A stretch of 63,991 bases of DNA, the filler included, from Candidatus Babelota bacterium (GTDB lineage Bacteria; JAGOBX01): NCBI GenBank assembly GCA_017999075.1. It is 6 parts of 6 records of this genome, joined end to end, with 100 filler letters (N's around TTAATTAATTAA, not from the genome) between each part and the next. Parts side by side here need not be neighbours in the genome. Positions count along the whole stretch, not along the records: positions 1 to 10,980 come from JAGOBX010000075.1; positions 11,081 to 22,022 come from JAGOBX010000076.1; 4 more parts are not named here. The stretch is one strand, 5' to 3'. Numbering within the stretch: position 1 is the stretch's first letter; every line of letters starts with the position of its first letter. Both the position numbers and the translations under genes were made by a program. Positions 9,647 to 19,886 of the stretch are shown here, in pieces. The notes beneath the pieces were generated by a model, which saw only the letters and a program-made list of their open reading frames with translations, was not told where the DNA came from and searched no databases.

Positions 9647-10960
9647 TTATTTTTTTCCAAGGAGGCGAAACATATTTTTTTTATAAGCTTCAACTCCCGG
9701 CTGATCAAACGGATTTACTCCTATAAGGTACCCGCTTAAAGCGCAGGCTCTTTCAAAGAAATATAACAATTGCCCGAGATAATATTCATTTAATTGAGGC
9801 AAAATTATTTTTAAGTTAGGAACCTTCCCTGAAATATGCGCTTCAATAGTTCCCTGCATGGCTTTTGAATTTACAAAATCAATTTGCTTGCCTGCAATGT
9901 AATTGAGCTCATCAAGATCATTGGCTTCTTTTGGAATAGTAATATTTACATTTGTTTTTTCTATTTCAAGAACTGTTTCGAAAATATTTCTTACTCCGTC
10001 CTGAATCCATTGTCCCATAGAATGCAAGTCAGTAGTAAAATCACATGACGCCGGAAATAATGCTTTACCATTTTTTCCTTCGCTTTCACCATATAATTGT
10101 TTCCACCACTCGGAAATATAATGAAGTTCAGGATTGTAATTCACCAGAATTTCTATGTTTTTATTGTATTTTGAATAAAGCAGATAACGTATTGCAGCGT
10201 ATTGCATAGCTATATTAGATTCGATTTTTGAATTTGTATCAAGAATTTTTTTCATATCGCGTGCGCCATTCATAAGTTTTCGTATGTCTACTCCTGCTAC
10301 AGCAACAGGTAAAAGTCCGACAGGAGTTAAAACGGAAAATCTGCCGCCTACGTCATCAGGTATTACGAATGATTGCCAGCCTGCTGAATCAGCCATTTTT
10401 CTTAATGCTCCCTTGGATTTATCTGTTGTGGCTATAATATATTTTTTTGAATTTTGTTTATACTTTTTTTCAAGAAGATTTTTTATGAGCCTGAATGCAA
10501 TTGCAGGTTCTGTAGTAGTTCCTGATTTTGAAATTACGTTTACATAAATTTGTTTTTTTGATTCTAAGATTTTTAAAAGTTCTACCATATACCTTCCTGA
10601 AATATTGTTGCCTGCAAAAAAAACTTGAGGTTTTAAATTCAGTATGTTATATACTCCTGAAATTGCTTCTATTACTGCTTTAGCCCCAAGATAAGAACCT
10701 CCTATGCCGATTGAAACAAAAGCGTCTCCTGATTTTTTTATTTTTTCCGCCAAAGAATCAATTGTATCCAAATCTTTTTTTGTGACAGAATCAGGCAAAT
10801 CTGTCCATCCTAAAAATTCACTGCCTGCACCTGTTTTAGTTTTTATAGATTTTTCTGCTGCAATAATTTTTGAAGAAAGTTTTGCAAGTTCATTTTTTTT
10901 GATAAATAAAGAATTTGAATAATTAAATTTTATCGAATTCATAATTTTTATGTCCTCCAT
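9647..10960 (-). CDS. pgi: Glucose-6-phosphate isomerase
   Basis: GIGGSYLGA, ISKSGTTTEP, VGGRFSVL, QLYGESEGK, NPFDQPGVEAYK. Confidence 0.97.
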   Translation of the reverse strand: MEDIKIMNSIKFNYSNSLFIKKNELAKLSSKIIAAEKSIKTKTGAGSEFLGWTDLPDSVTKKDLDTIDSLAEKIKKSGDAFVSIGIGGSYLGAKAVIEAISGVYNILNLKPQVFFAGNNISGRYMVELLKILESKKQIYVNVISKSGTTTEPAIAFRLIKNLLEKKYKQNSKKYIIATTDKSKGALRKMADSAGWQSFVIPDDVGGRFSVLTPVGLLPVAVAGVDIRKLMNGARDMKKILDTNSKIESNIAMQYAAIRYLLYSKYNKNIEILVNYNPELHYISEWWKQLYGESEGKNGKALFPASCDFTTDLHSMGQWIQDGVRNIFETVLEIEKTNVNITIPKEANDLDELNYIAGKQIDFVNSKAMQGTIEAHISGKVPNLKIILPQLNEYYLGQLLYFFERACALSGYLIGVNPFDQPGVEAYKKNMFRLLGKK

Positions 10961-10980
10961 TTTTATATTAAGTTTAATTG

Positions 10981-11080
10981 NNNNNNNNNNNNNNNNNNNN
11001 NNNNNNNNNNNNNNNNNNNNNNNNTTAATTAATTAANNNNNNNNNNNNNNNNNNNNNNNNNNNNNNNNNNNNNNNNNNNN
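10981..11080. other. Artificial contig linker
   Basis: N44-TTAATTAATTAA-N44 (stop codons in all frames). Confidence 0.98.
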
Positions 11081-12125
11081 TTACGGGTTCTATGATTTGT
11101 CAGAAGATTTCCAGTTGAAATTTAATCTTTATGATGCTAACCGAGGAATTCCTGTATGGACAAAACTTAAAAATGAAAATAAAAGAACTATGGCATTGAA
11201 TATACCGAATACATATCCTGCTCCGGAAATTAATGGTGTTCTTATTTCAGGATTTGTAGCTATTGATATTGAAAAAGCGGTTTATCCGAGAAATTTAAAA
11301 ACTTATTTGACAGATAAAGGATATATTCTGGATGTTGATTATTCAAGGGCTGCAGCTGAAAAAGAAAAATTTCTGGTTTCGTTGAATAAATCTCTTAAAA
11401 TTCGCCGTGAAGTTTTTAATGAATTATTAATGAATAATGAATGGAATCTGGCTATAGCAGTTTTTACTGAAACTGATAGAATGAATCATTTTCTTATGAA
11501 TGCGTTTTATGAGGATGATTCGGAATATTCGAGAATTTTCGCTGATTTTTATAAATATATAGATAATTGCATAGAAGATTTATTCGGTTTGTTTGAAAAT
11601 AAAGTTGAAAATATAATAATTATTTCTGATCATGGGTTTGAAAAACTTGAGACTGAATTTTTTCTTAATTATTTTTTAGAAGAACAGAAACTTCTCCAAT
11701 TTAAAAGTTCAGAAAAAATTTTTCCGAATATTTCTGATAAAACAATTTGTTTTGCATGTGATCCTGGCAGAATATACTTTAATAAAAAAGCAGGATTATC
11801 GGAAAAAGTGAAAGATGAGATAAAAGAAAGTATTAAATATAATTTGAATAAATTGCGGTGGAATGACAGAATTGTTGTAAAAAAAATATTTGAAAGAGAA
11901 GAAATATACAAAGGTCAGTTTTTTGAAAATGCTCCTGAACTGCTTGTTTTAACTGAAAATGGAATAGATATAAAAGGAGCTCCTAATCGAAATACAAAAT
12001 TTGAAAAAAATGCATTTACAGGAATGCACACTTATGAAAATGCGATTTATATAGCCAACAGCAATAAACCTGATATTCCTGAAAATATGGACATCAGTAA
12101 AGTATTGAGTACAATTAATTTATAA
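11081..12125 (+). CDS. Alkaline-phosphatase-superfamily nucleotide pyrophosphatase/phosphodiesterase, 5'-truncated by contig edge
   Basis: NIPNTYP, ETDRMNH, IISDHGF, APEL, TGMH motifs; the N-terminal catalytic segment is missing. Confidence 0.8.
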
Positions 12126-12139
12126 ACCCCAACCATATT

Positions 12140-13447
12140 ATGAAAAATATTGTAATAATAATTCTTGATTGTCTAAGGCATTTTGAAGCTCTAAACATGG
12201 ATTTTTCTTCAAGAATGCCTAATATAAGCAGAATTAGAGAAAATTTTTTTACTTTTGAACAAAATATAGCATCAACTTCGGTAACTTTGCCTGCATTTTT
12301 ATCGCTGCTCTCAGGAGCAATACCTATTGCCCATGGAGTAAAAAATCAGTTATTTAAGAATTTTAATTCTAAATTAAGTTTGCTGCCTGATATTTTGAGA
12401 GCAAATAATTATAAAACTTCAGCATATTTAACCGGTCCATTTACTTCTATAGATGCTCTTAACCCATTGTTTGATGAATGCCGCATACATAAATATACTG
12501 AAAGAATGGATTCAAACCGAGGAACAGAGATTCTTCAGTCTTTAGATAAATTACGCAAGCAGTCAACTCCTTTTTTTTCGCTTATTCATTTTTATGAGCT
12601 TCACATAGACAGGTATATTAATAGTTCAGGGAATTACAGAATTACAGATTATGATTATTTGAAATCTATGGCAAGCATAGATTCATACATCGGTAAAATT
12701 TTGGAGAACATTGATCTTGATAAAACAATCCTGGTAATTATGGGAGATCATGGGGAAGCAGTATATAAAACTGCTGCTGAAAGGATAATTGGAAACACGG
12801 AATTGTTTTTTTTAAAAGTTTTTCAAAAATTGAAACTGGCATCATTGAACAGAATGGTTAAAATTTATAAGCTGGGTCATGGGTTTGATGTGACTGAAGA
12901 TTTAATAAGGACTCCGATGTTTTTAAATATTCCCGGATATTCTATGAAAAAAAAGTTTTCAAATACGGTCAGAAGCATAGATTTATATTTTACTTTACTT
13001 GAACTGTTAAAAATAAAAAATAATTATAATGAGTTTGAATTCAAAGATTTTGATCTTGTATTTGGAAAAAGCCTTATTCCTATAATAAATGGAAATGAAA
13101 CAGTTCACAGAATAGCTTATGTTGAAGCGCCAGGACCGACTGTTTGGAGCAAAGATGAAGAAAGAATTTGCTGCATAAGAGAATTTCCGTTTAAATATAC
13201 AATATCTCCGTTTAATCCTTCTAAATCTCAAAAGTTGTTTAATCTGGAATTAGATCCTTATGAAAAAAAAGATTTTTCGGATAAATTTCCGGATAAATTT
13301 AATGAATTGAAAGAAAAATATAATTGTCTGATGGAAAATATTGAAGTGTTTCATAAAAAAAATAATGATTTCATCAGAAACCAAAATTATACAAATCAGG
13401 AATTACAGAAAATTCAAGAACAGCTGAAAGAATTGGGATATATGTGA
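12140..13447 (+). CDS. Sulfatase-like hydrolase/transferase
   Basis: NIVIIILDCLR, TLPAFLSLLSG, HFYELH, MGDHGE, HG, LFNLELDPYE, C-terminal LKELGYM. Confidence 0.85.
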   Translation: MKNIVIIILDCLRHFEALNMDFSSRMPNISRIRENFFTFEQNIASTSVTLPAFLSLLSGAIPIAHGVKNQLFKNFNSKLSLLPDILRANNYKTSAYLTGPFTSIDALNPLFDECRIHKYTERMDSNRGTEILQSLDKLRKQSTPFFSLIHFYELHIDRYINSSGNYRITDYDYLKSMASIDSYIGKILENIDLDKTILVIMGDHGEAVYKTAAERIIGNTELFFLKVFQKLKLASLNRMVKIYKLGHGFDVTEDLIRTPMFLNIPGYSMKKKFSNTVRSIDLYFTLLELLKIKNNYNEFEFKDFDLVFGKSLIPIINGNETVHRIAYVEAPGPTVWSKDEERICCIREFPFKYTISPFNPSKSQKLFNLELDPYEKKDFSDKFPDKFNELKEKYNCLMENIEVFHKKNNDFIRNQNYTNQELQKIQEQLKELGYM

Positions 13448-13535
13448 TAATCCCCTCATAATAATATCCAACAAATTAAAATTCACGGATATAAAATATT
13501 TTGATTTCATTTTTTTTCGCCCGGAAAAAAATATT

Positions 13536-14891
13536 ATGAAAAAAACAATAACAATATTAGATTTTATTTTTGCCTTTATTTTTTTTGTTGCAGGTTGTTT
13601 TTTGTTATTCCCTATTTTTGTGACAGGAAGAATTTATAAATGGTTAGGATTAAGAAATTTTTATTCTAAACACAGGCTTATATGGATAACAAGCGCATCA
13701 TATCAGAAAGCTGTAGATAAAGGGTGCAAGTGGGGAGTCCTTCCTTATCATACTACATTCAACGGATATTTTGATAAGAATTTTATAATAAATTTGACAG
13801 CGGAAAAATTTCAGGTTAGAAAAATTTCTGAGAATGTATATTTTTATGATTATCCGATAATATTGAGAAAATTTATTGTTTCAGGTAACTTCAGGTATTC
13901 CGGCATTATAATAAATGTGATGTCCACGATTTTATTTTTTAGTATATTTATTTTTTTGAAAAAAGTGGATCTTGTGTGCAACGGCAGCGCTTATTATAAT
14001 GGAATTAATACAGCTCTATTTTCAATAATTTCAGGATGTCCGTATTATTTCAGTCCAGGATGTAATTACGAACTTGATATAAAAATCAATGGACTTCCAA
14101 AATATATGCCTTCAGAAAAAATAGTGTTTATTACATTGAAATTTATTGTGAAATTTGCTTATTGTTTTTCATGTATACGGAAGGACCTTAAAGAATCTTT
14201 GGTGAAAATCGGAGCGCTGGAGAAAAAAATCAAAGTTATTTATAACAGTATAGACATTTTACTTTACGATAGACCTGTTGATCCTTCAAAATTTTCTGAA
14301 TTTTCCGGAAATTACACAATCGTATATGCCGGCAGAATTAACAGAGTTAATGTAATACACCATATAATCATGTGTGCTGAATTAGTTTATAAAAAAATTC
14401 CAAATGTTAAGTTTGTAATACTTGGAGGACCTTTCGGGGAAGATGATAAAAAATATTTGAATGAGTGCCGGATCATGATTAAAGAAAAAAAATTAGAAGA
14501 ATTTGTTTTTATGCCCGGAATAAACTATTCTAATGATGATGTTTCTCATATTAAACGTTTATGTAATGTGAATCTGATTACAATGGGCGGATTAAGTTTA
14601 ATAGAATCAGCAGCCTCTAAAAAACCTGTAGTTGTTTATGATTATGACTGGCATTCTGAATTGATTAAAGATCATTTCAATGGTATTCTTGTAGAATATA
14701 ATAATTATCAGAAAATGGCTGATGCTATATATGAGTTATATTCTGATCCGGAATTAAGTAAATCATTGTCTGAAAAAGCTTATGATACTGTTATTGAACG
14801 GCATACTATAAAAAAAGAAATTGAGAATTATATTAATTTTTATGATTCTGTTTACGAAGGATTAAAAAAATCAGAAGATTTTTCAGCGTGA
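13536..14891 (+). CDS. GT4-family (GT-B) glycosyltransferase with N-terminal membrane anchor
   Basis: KIKVIYNSID, YAGRI, GLSLIESAASKKPVV, ELIKDHFNGILV. Confidence 0.85.
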   Translation: MKKTITILDFIFAFIFFVAGCFLLFPIFVTGRIYKWLGLRNFYSKHRLIWITSASYQKAVDKGCKWGVLPYHTTFNGYFDKNFIINLTAEKFQVRKISENVYFYDYPIILRKFIVSGNFRYSGIIINVMSTILFFSIFIFLKKVDLVCNGSAYYNGINTALFSIISGCPYYFSPGCNYELDIKINGLPKYMPSEKIVFITLKFIVKFAYCFSCIRKDLKESLVKIGALEKKIKVIYNSIDILLYDRPVDPSKFSEFSGNYTIVYAGRINRVNVIHHIIMCAELVYKKIPNVKFVILGGPFGEDDKKYLNECRIMIKEKKLEEFVFMPGINYSNDDVSHIKRLCNVNLITMGGLSLIESAASKKPVVVYDYDWHSELIKDHFNGILVEYNNYQKMADAIYELYSDPELSKSLSEKAYDTVIERHTIKKEIENYINFYDSVYEGLKKSEDFSA

Positions 14892-14901
14892 TGTTAATTT
14901 G

Positions 14902-14943
14902 AAAAACTGCAGCCGAATAAAAAAAGTCGGCTGCAGTTTTTTT
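14902..14943. terminator. Bidirectional intrinsic terminator
   Basis: Perfect 15-bp inverted repeat AAAAACTGCAGCCGA / TCGGCTGCAGTTTTT, giving U-tracts on both strands, between convergent genes. Confidence 0.9.
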
Positions 14944-14952
14944 AGTTTTATC

Positions 14953-15927
14953 TTAGAAATTAGACTTTAAAGCTAATTGAAACCATTTACTGCTGTTAAG
15001 CTGTTCAGTAACCCGGCCTTTTCCGTATTCTGCAGTTATCCCCATCTTATCATTTATTTTATAAGAAGCGTCAAGTCTGTATTGATTGATTTTTGTTTCT
15101 TTTAATTTTGAATACCTGCCTGAAAACAACCAGGAATTCCATTCGTATCCTGCATAAAGACCGTATATTTTTTCGCTTACAGGAGCAACTCCTGCTGTTA
15201 TCAAATAATCTTTAATATTAAGATATTCTATTGATGCCTGAGCTCCTTTTATGAATGGACATGTGTACAATAACCCGATGCTGAAATCTTTTTTGTCCGT
15301 AAAACTGAGCCCTTTACCGAAAGAAGCTGAAGCAAGAAGAACTTTTTCTCCTATAGGAAGCGGGATATATCCATCGATTTTTATGGAATAATTATCAATA
15401 AGCCTGTTGGCGCTTGTTATTTCACTGTATGTGTCTATTCCCTCAAAAAATGTCAGATTTATGTTGACCAAATCTTCCATTTCATATTTGGCGTTTATCA
15501 TATTTGATGTTACCCAAGTCCACCAGTATTCAGGAGAACTTCTGAGAGTGTTTTTTTGACCTTCTACATTTTTATTTTCCAAACCGAAAGGTACATACGA
15601 TCTTCCCACAAGTATTGAGAATTCAGGAGTAAAAACGTTTTTGAAATTAACGGATAATTCGTCAATAGTTAATTTGTCTTCGGAATCTTCAAAATACAAC
15701 ACAAACTTTCCGTCTATATCTTTGTACAATTCTCCTGTAAAATTAAGTGTAGCCAGATAAATTTCATATAAATCTTTGTCAATGCTGCTGTAAGTTGAAG
15801 AATCATTGGCATCAAAATAAGTATAGCTCAACCATATTTTTGCCGACACATCACTTAAAGATAATGCTGATGCTGATATAGAAATCCAAAAAACAATCAA
15901 AAAACTCAAAAAAACTTTTTTCTTCAT
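14953..15927 (-). CDS. Outer-membrane beta-barrel porin (LbtU-like)
   Basis: Signal peptide (ASA-LS), alternating beta-strand pattern, C-terminal Phe, VLYFED..L.IDE and GRSYVPFG segments resembling LbtU-type porins. Confidence 0.7.
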   Translation of the reverse strand: MKKKVFLSFLIVFWISISASALSLSDVSAKIWLSYTYFDANDSSTYSSIDKDLYEIYLATLNFTGELYKDIDGKFVLYFEDSEDKLTIDELSVNFKNVFTPEFSILVGRSYVPFGLENKNVEGQKNTLRSSPEYWWTWVTSNMINAKYEMEDLVNINLTFFEGIDTYSEITSANRLIDNYSIKIDGYIPLPIGEKVLLASASFGKGLSFTDKKDFSIGLLYTCPFIKGAQASIEYLNIKDYLITAGVAPVSEKIYGLYAGYEWNSWLFSGRYSKLKETKINQYRLDASYKINDKMGITAEYGKGRVTEQLNSSKWFQLALKSNF

Positions 15928-16005
15928 GAGATTTCTCCTTTAAAAAATTTTAAAACACAGTTTAATTTTTTTTGATAAAAAAAACAATTTTTTTTATTAA
16001 TTATT

Positions 16006-17409
16006 TCAGAAATTATTTTTTTTGTTATTGTTTGAAAAAATAAAAAATAATAGTGAGATAATAGATATTATGATTCCAATGTAAGTTCCTGATTTGACAG
16101 ACAAATTAAATCCTTCAAGCGCAGCTATTATGTATGATATTGTAACTGCTGTCATAAAAATAGCAGGAAAAAGCGCAATCCAGTATGGTTTATTTGATTT
16201 TTTTAAATATACAGCCCCTGCCCATAAAGCCAGCGCGGCCAAAGTTTGGTTTGACCACGAAAAATAACGCCATATAATTGAAAAATCAACATTGAACAAT
16301 ATTATCGCTGTAATAAACATAGGACAGGTAAGTTTTAATCGGTTTGCCAATGATTTCTGATCTAAATTGAACATTTCGCTTAGTTGAAGTCTTGCGCTTC
16401 TGAATGCAGTATCTCCTGAAGTTATGGATAAAGATATAACTCCTATTATGGAAACAATTCCGGCTAATCCGCCTACCATAGCCATTCTTATATCATTAAC
16501 AACACCAGCTGCGCCTATACTTTTTAAAGTTTCATTTAGTTTTGCAGTATCTCCGTAAAAAGCTATTGATGATGATGCCCATATCATAGCGATGAAGGCT
16601 TCAAAAACCATGGCCCCGTAAAAAACTTTTCTGCCATGTTTTTCATTGGCAAGGCATCTTGATATTATTGGAGATTGAGTTGCATGAAATCCGCTTATGG
16701 CTCCGCAAGCTATAGTTATAAAAAGAAAAGGCCATACAGGCATTTTGCCTGGATGCATGCCTTGAAAATTAATTTCAGGGATATGATATTTGCCTGTTAA
16801 TAAAATAATGAATATATAAGTTTCCATAAATAAAACCAATATCGCAAATAACGGATATATCTTTGAAATTATTTTATCAATTGGTAAAAATGTGGCAAAA
16901 AAATAATATGAAATAATTATGTATAACCAGATTATGTCTGGCATATTGAAAAGTTTGCCCAAAAGTTTTGCCGGACCTGTAGAAAACACCACTCCAATTA
17001 AAACAAGTAAAATCAGAGAGAATAAACGTATTAATATTTTAGCCCGGCTGCCGAGATATTTCCATATTATTTCTGATATGGTTGCTCCGTTATTTCTTAA
17101 TGAAATCATTCCCACGAGATAATCGTGTGTTGCTCCGGCAAAAATAGTTCCCAACACTATCCATAAATATGCTACAGGCCCCCATACTGCACCTGCTACT
17201 GCCCCGAATACAGGACCTAATCCTGCAATATTTAAAAATTGAATTAAAAATGATCGCCACCATGGAAGAGGAACATAATCGACTTTGTCATTTATTCGCG
17301 TGGCAGGAGTAGGATTATTTACATCTGCTCCAAAAATTTTTTCTACAATTTTACTATATATCAGGAAACCTAATATTAACAATATAAATGAACCAATAAA
17401 AGAAAACAT
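16006..17409 (-). CDS. cstA: Carbon starvation protein A family transporter
   Basis: TPA...D.VDYVP, QFLNIAGLGPVFG, FAGATHDY, ACGAISGFHATQSP, ITSGDTAFRS, WRYFSWSNQTLA. Confidence 0.93.
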   Translation of the reverse strand: MFSFIGSFILLILGFLIYSKIVEKIFGADVNNPTPATRINDKVDYVPLPWWRSFLIQFLNIAGLGPVFGAVAGAVWGPVAYLWIVLGTIFAGATHDYLVGMISLRNNGATISEIIWKYLGSRAKILIRLFSLILLVLIGVVFSTGPAKLLGKLFNMPDIIWLYIIISYYFFATFLPIDKIISKIYPLFAILVLFMETYIFIILLTGKYHIPEINFQGMHPGKMPVWPFLFITIACGAISGFHATQSPIISRCLANEKHGRKVFYGAMVFEAFIAMIWASSSIAFYGDTAKLNETLKSIGAAGVVNDIRMAMVGGLAGIVSIIGVISLSITSGDTAFRSARLQLSEMFNLDQKSLANRLKLTCPMFITAIILFNVDFSIIWRYFSWSNQTLAALALWAGAVYLKKSNKPYWIALFPAIFMTAVTISYIIAALEGFNLSVKSGTYIGIIISIISLLFFIFSNNNKKNNF

Positions 17410-17440
17410 GTTAAAATTTAATATAATAATTTAAAAATAT

Positions 17441-18901
17441 TTATTTGTAATGAATTAAATTAAATCCGCAGTCTTTTATCCAGCATAAATTTCTATCCTG
17501 CTGTGAATAACAATTCATATCGGTTTTTGTGTCAGTTCCGGTCCAGATTGCGCCAACATATAATTCCGCCCAGAAGTTTGCAAGTTTTTCTGCGTTGTAA
17601 ATTTCCCAGTCCCGCAATGGTTTATAAATGTTAAAAAATAATTGTGCTATATCTTTGGAATGCCAGCCGTTTTTATCTAAAATCCTGGAAATTCCCTGTA
17701 AAAATACAGGTTTGAATAAATTATCATTAGGATTATTAAGAGCAAACGCATAACATGGAGGCATTTTTGAAGCTATGTCAGCTATATTAAAATCAGGATT
17801 ATTTTTTTCAGAATAATATTTTGAATCAAATGTTTTATGAAAATTGTATAATACGGATTTTTTATAATCTGCAACAACTTTTTTCCAGCCGTCTGATGAA
17901 TCGGGAATTCTTGTATCTGAATTTTTAGCGTATTCTGCAGTATAATCAAAATGTTTATTGTCGTATCTGCGCCGCATATTAAACATATCATTAAGCCCTA
18001 TAGTAAAATTCATATTTTTCCAATGTCTTGGGATGCAGGTGCCGATTGGAGTTGATTGTGCTAATTGTTCCCCAACCTTCCAGCGCATGACTTTATGTTT
18101 TTGATAAGTTGAGAATGGAATGCGTATATCCCTCGCATAAATAGGATCAGAATATAAAGTTAAATCAAGAGAAACTCCTTCCTGTCCATCACCGTAAATA
18201 CCTTTTCCGATATGACCTACAGGAATATCAGAGTATACTACAGGAATTATTTTTTGTCCGGAAGCGCGTATTTTATCACATTCTTTTATAACTTTATGAG
18301 TCAGGAACTGAAGCAACCGTCCTGCGCCGCTGAACCCTTTTCCCGCATATTCAGGTATTTCTCCTCCTGTCCTGTTTTTTCTGTTTTGATATTGTTTTTT
18401 TACCGTATCTTCTAACACTCCTATTTCTTCGAGCAGATAATGTTCTTTATCAAACGGCCAAATAGAAGTGAAATGATATCCCTGACCAGTCATAGTTATT
18501 AATAAATCTATTCCGTAGCTGTCAAAAATTTTTTTTATTGTTTGATAAACAGGTTCGATTTTTTGAAATACTTTTTCAGGTCTTGAATGGGTTTCTCCCG
18601 GAAAAGTAGTATTGAAATATTCAATATCAAGCGCCAGCATAGTACCGTCTTCCCGCCATAATGAAGCAAATATATCAAGTCCTTTTTCTTTAGTCATTTC
18701 AAACAGATGTTCTGTTTTTTTTCCTGACCTGAATCCTTTTTTGTTTCCTCTCCATATTTCAGATTCTCCGAAACCAACGCAATATTTTGAACCGTTTATT
18801 CTTTTTCCGTTTTTCGAACCGTAATAAAAATCGAGTATCCTGTCAATTATCTGCGGCTGATTGTAATACTCAACATTATTTTTAATTTTACAATTTGACA
18901 T
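17441..18901 (-). CDS. Putative archaeo-eukaryotic primase (AEP) fused to a PriL-like Fe-S C-terminal domain
   Basis: LALDIE (D92/E94), TGQGYH (H143), LD...D...RDIRIP; C-terminal PPC383 and C464-x8-C473-x4-C478. Confidence 0.6.
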   Translation of the reverse strand: MSNCKIKNNVEYYNQPQIIDRILDFYYGSKNGKRINGSKYCVGFGESEIWRGNKKGFRSGKKTEHLFEMTKEKGLDIFASLWREDGTMLALDIEYFNTTFPGETHSRPEKVFQKIEPVYQTIKKIFDSYGIDLLITMTGQGYHFTSIWPFDKEHYLLEEIGVLEDTVKKQYQNRKNRTGGEIPEYAGKGFSGAGRLLQFLTHKVIKECDKIRASGQKIIPVVYSDIPVGHIGKGIYGDGQEGVSLDLTLYSDPIYARDIRIPFSTYQKHKVMRWKVGEQLAQSTPIGTCIPRHWKNMNFTIGLNDMFNMRRRYDNKHFDYTAEYAKNSDTRIPDSSDGWKKVVADYKKSVLYNFHKTFDSKYYSEKNNPDFNIADIASKMPPCYAFALNNPNDNLFKPVFLQGISRILDKNGWHSKDIAQLFFNIYKPLRDWEIYNAEKLANFWAELYVGAIWTGTDTKTDMNCYSQQDRNLCWIKDCGFNLIHYK

Positions 18902-18948
18902 AATAAAGTATCGCCTTATGTTTTTAGTAAAAAAATATTTAGATAAAA

Positions 18949-19857
18949 CTAATTTGTTTCCAATATATTTATGACGTTAGGATGAACTGAAATAATTTCA
19001 ATATTGTCAGGCAAATCAAATACAGGTTTAGCTTTTCCGTTAAATGCATTTTTGATATATATTTTTCCGTGCAGATTATCGGAACCGATACTGTCAATCA
19101 TGTTTTTAGGCCCTTTTATAATAACTGATACAAGTTCTGGAGAAATATTGACTTTTTTTGTGTTGTCGCTGATAACTTCTAATCGTATATTCTGCAATTT
19201 TTTTTCTATTCTTTTCTCTGTGATTTTTATGTTCACCAATAATTTCGAATTATCATTTATATGGATTGCGTTATCATGAATGTTTATTTGAGTTTCTAAT
19301 ATTACTGATTTTGCAAGTCCATTAATATTAATGATTTCTGTTTTTATTTCAGACATTGATTTCAATAATGTTTCAGGTCCTTTTACAATAATGTGAGATG
19401 GGGTTACAGTAGTTTTTTCAATCTCAAAATTTTCAGAAGGTTCGCCGGAAAGTTCTGGAACAACCAAAACTTTTTTTTCGGTTTTTTTATCTATTGTAAC
19501 GGTTATTTCATCAGGAATAATTTCAACAAGTTTAAAACCTTCAGGCAAATTGATTCCTGTGGCGAAAATTTTAATTTTATTCTGTCCTTGAGTTACATTA
19601 TTTAAATTTACCGGAATTTCAATGTTTGATATAGAATTGTTTAAAATATTTTTTGGGCCATGTAAAACTATTTTCACTGAAGATAAGTTATCTGAAGCAT
19701 TTATTAAGGCTAAATTCTTAGGCAGGTTCTGATATTTTAATTTTGCCATATAGTCATATTGAACAGATTTTTGGCTGACAACGTAAAACCATAATAAAAA
19801 CGCTATTAGTACGGCTAAAAGTTTCAGATGCCAATTTTCAAAAATATTGAATTTCAA
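18949..19857 (-). CDS. cdaR: YbbR-domain CdaA regulator
   Basis: NWHLKLLAVLIAFLLWFYV anchor, three YbbR-like repeats (P..V.V.GP), directly downstream of cdaA; TTG start with SD. Confidence 0.88.
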   Translation of the reverse strand: MKFNIFENWHLKLLAVLIAFLLWFYVVSQKSVQYDYMAKLKYQNLPKNLALINASDNLSSVKIVLHGPKNILNNSISNIEIPVNLNNVTQGQNKIKIFATGINLPEGFKLVEIIPDEITVTIDKKTEKKVLVVPELSGEPSENFEIEKTTVTPSHIIVKGPETLLKSMSEIKTEIININGLAKSVILETQINIHDNAIHINDNSKLLVNIKITEKRIEKKLQNIRLEVISDNTKKVNISPELVSVIIKGPKNMIDSIGSDNLHGKIYIKNAFNGKAKPVFDLPDNIEIISVHPNVINILETN

Positions 19858-19886
19858 AGCCTGCTCCTTTGTTTCAAAATATTAGG

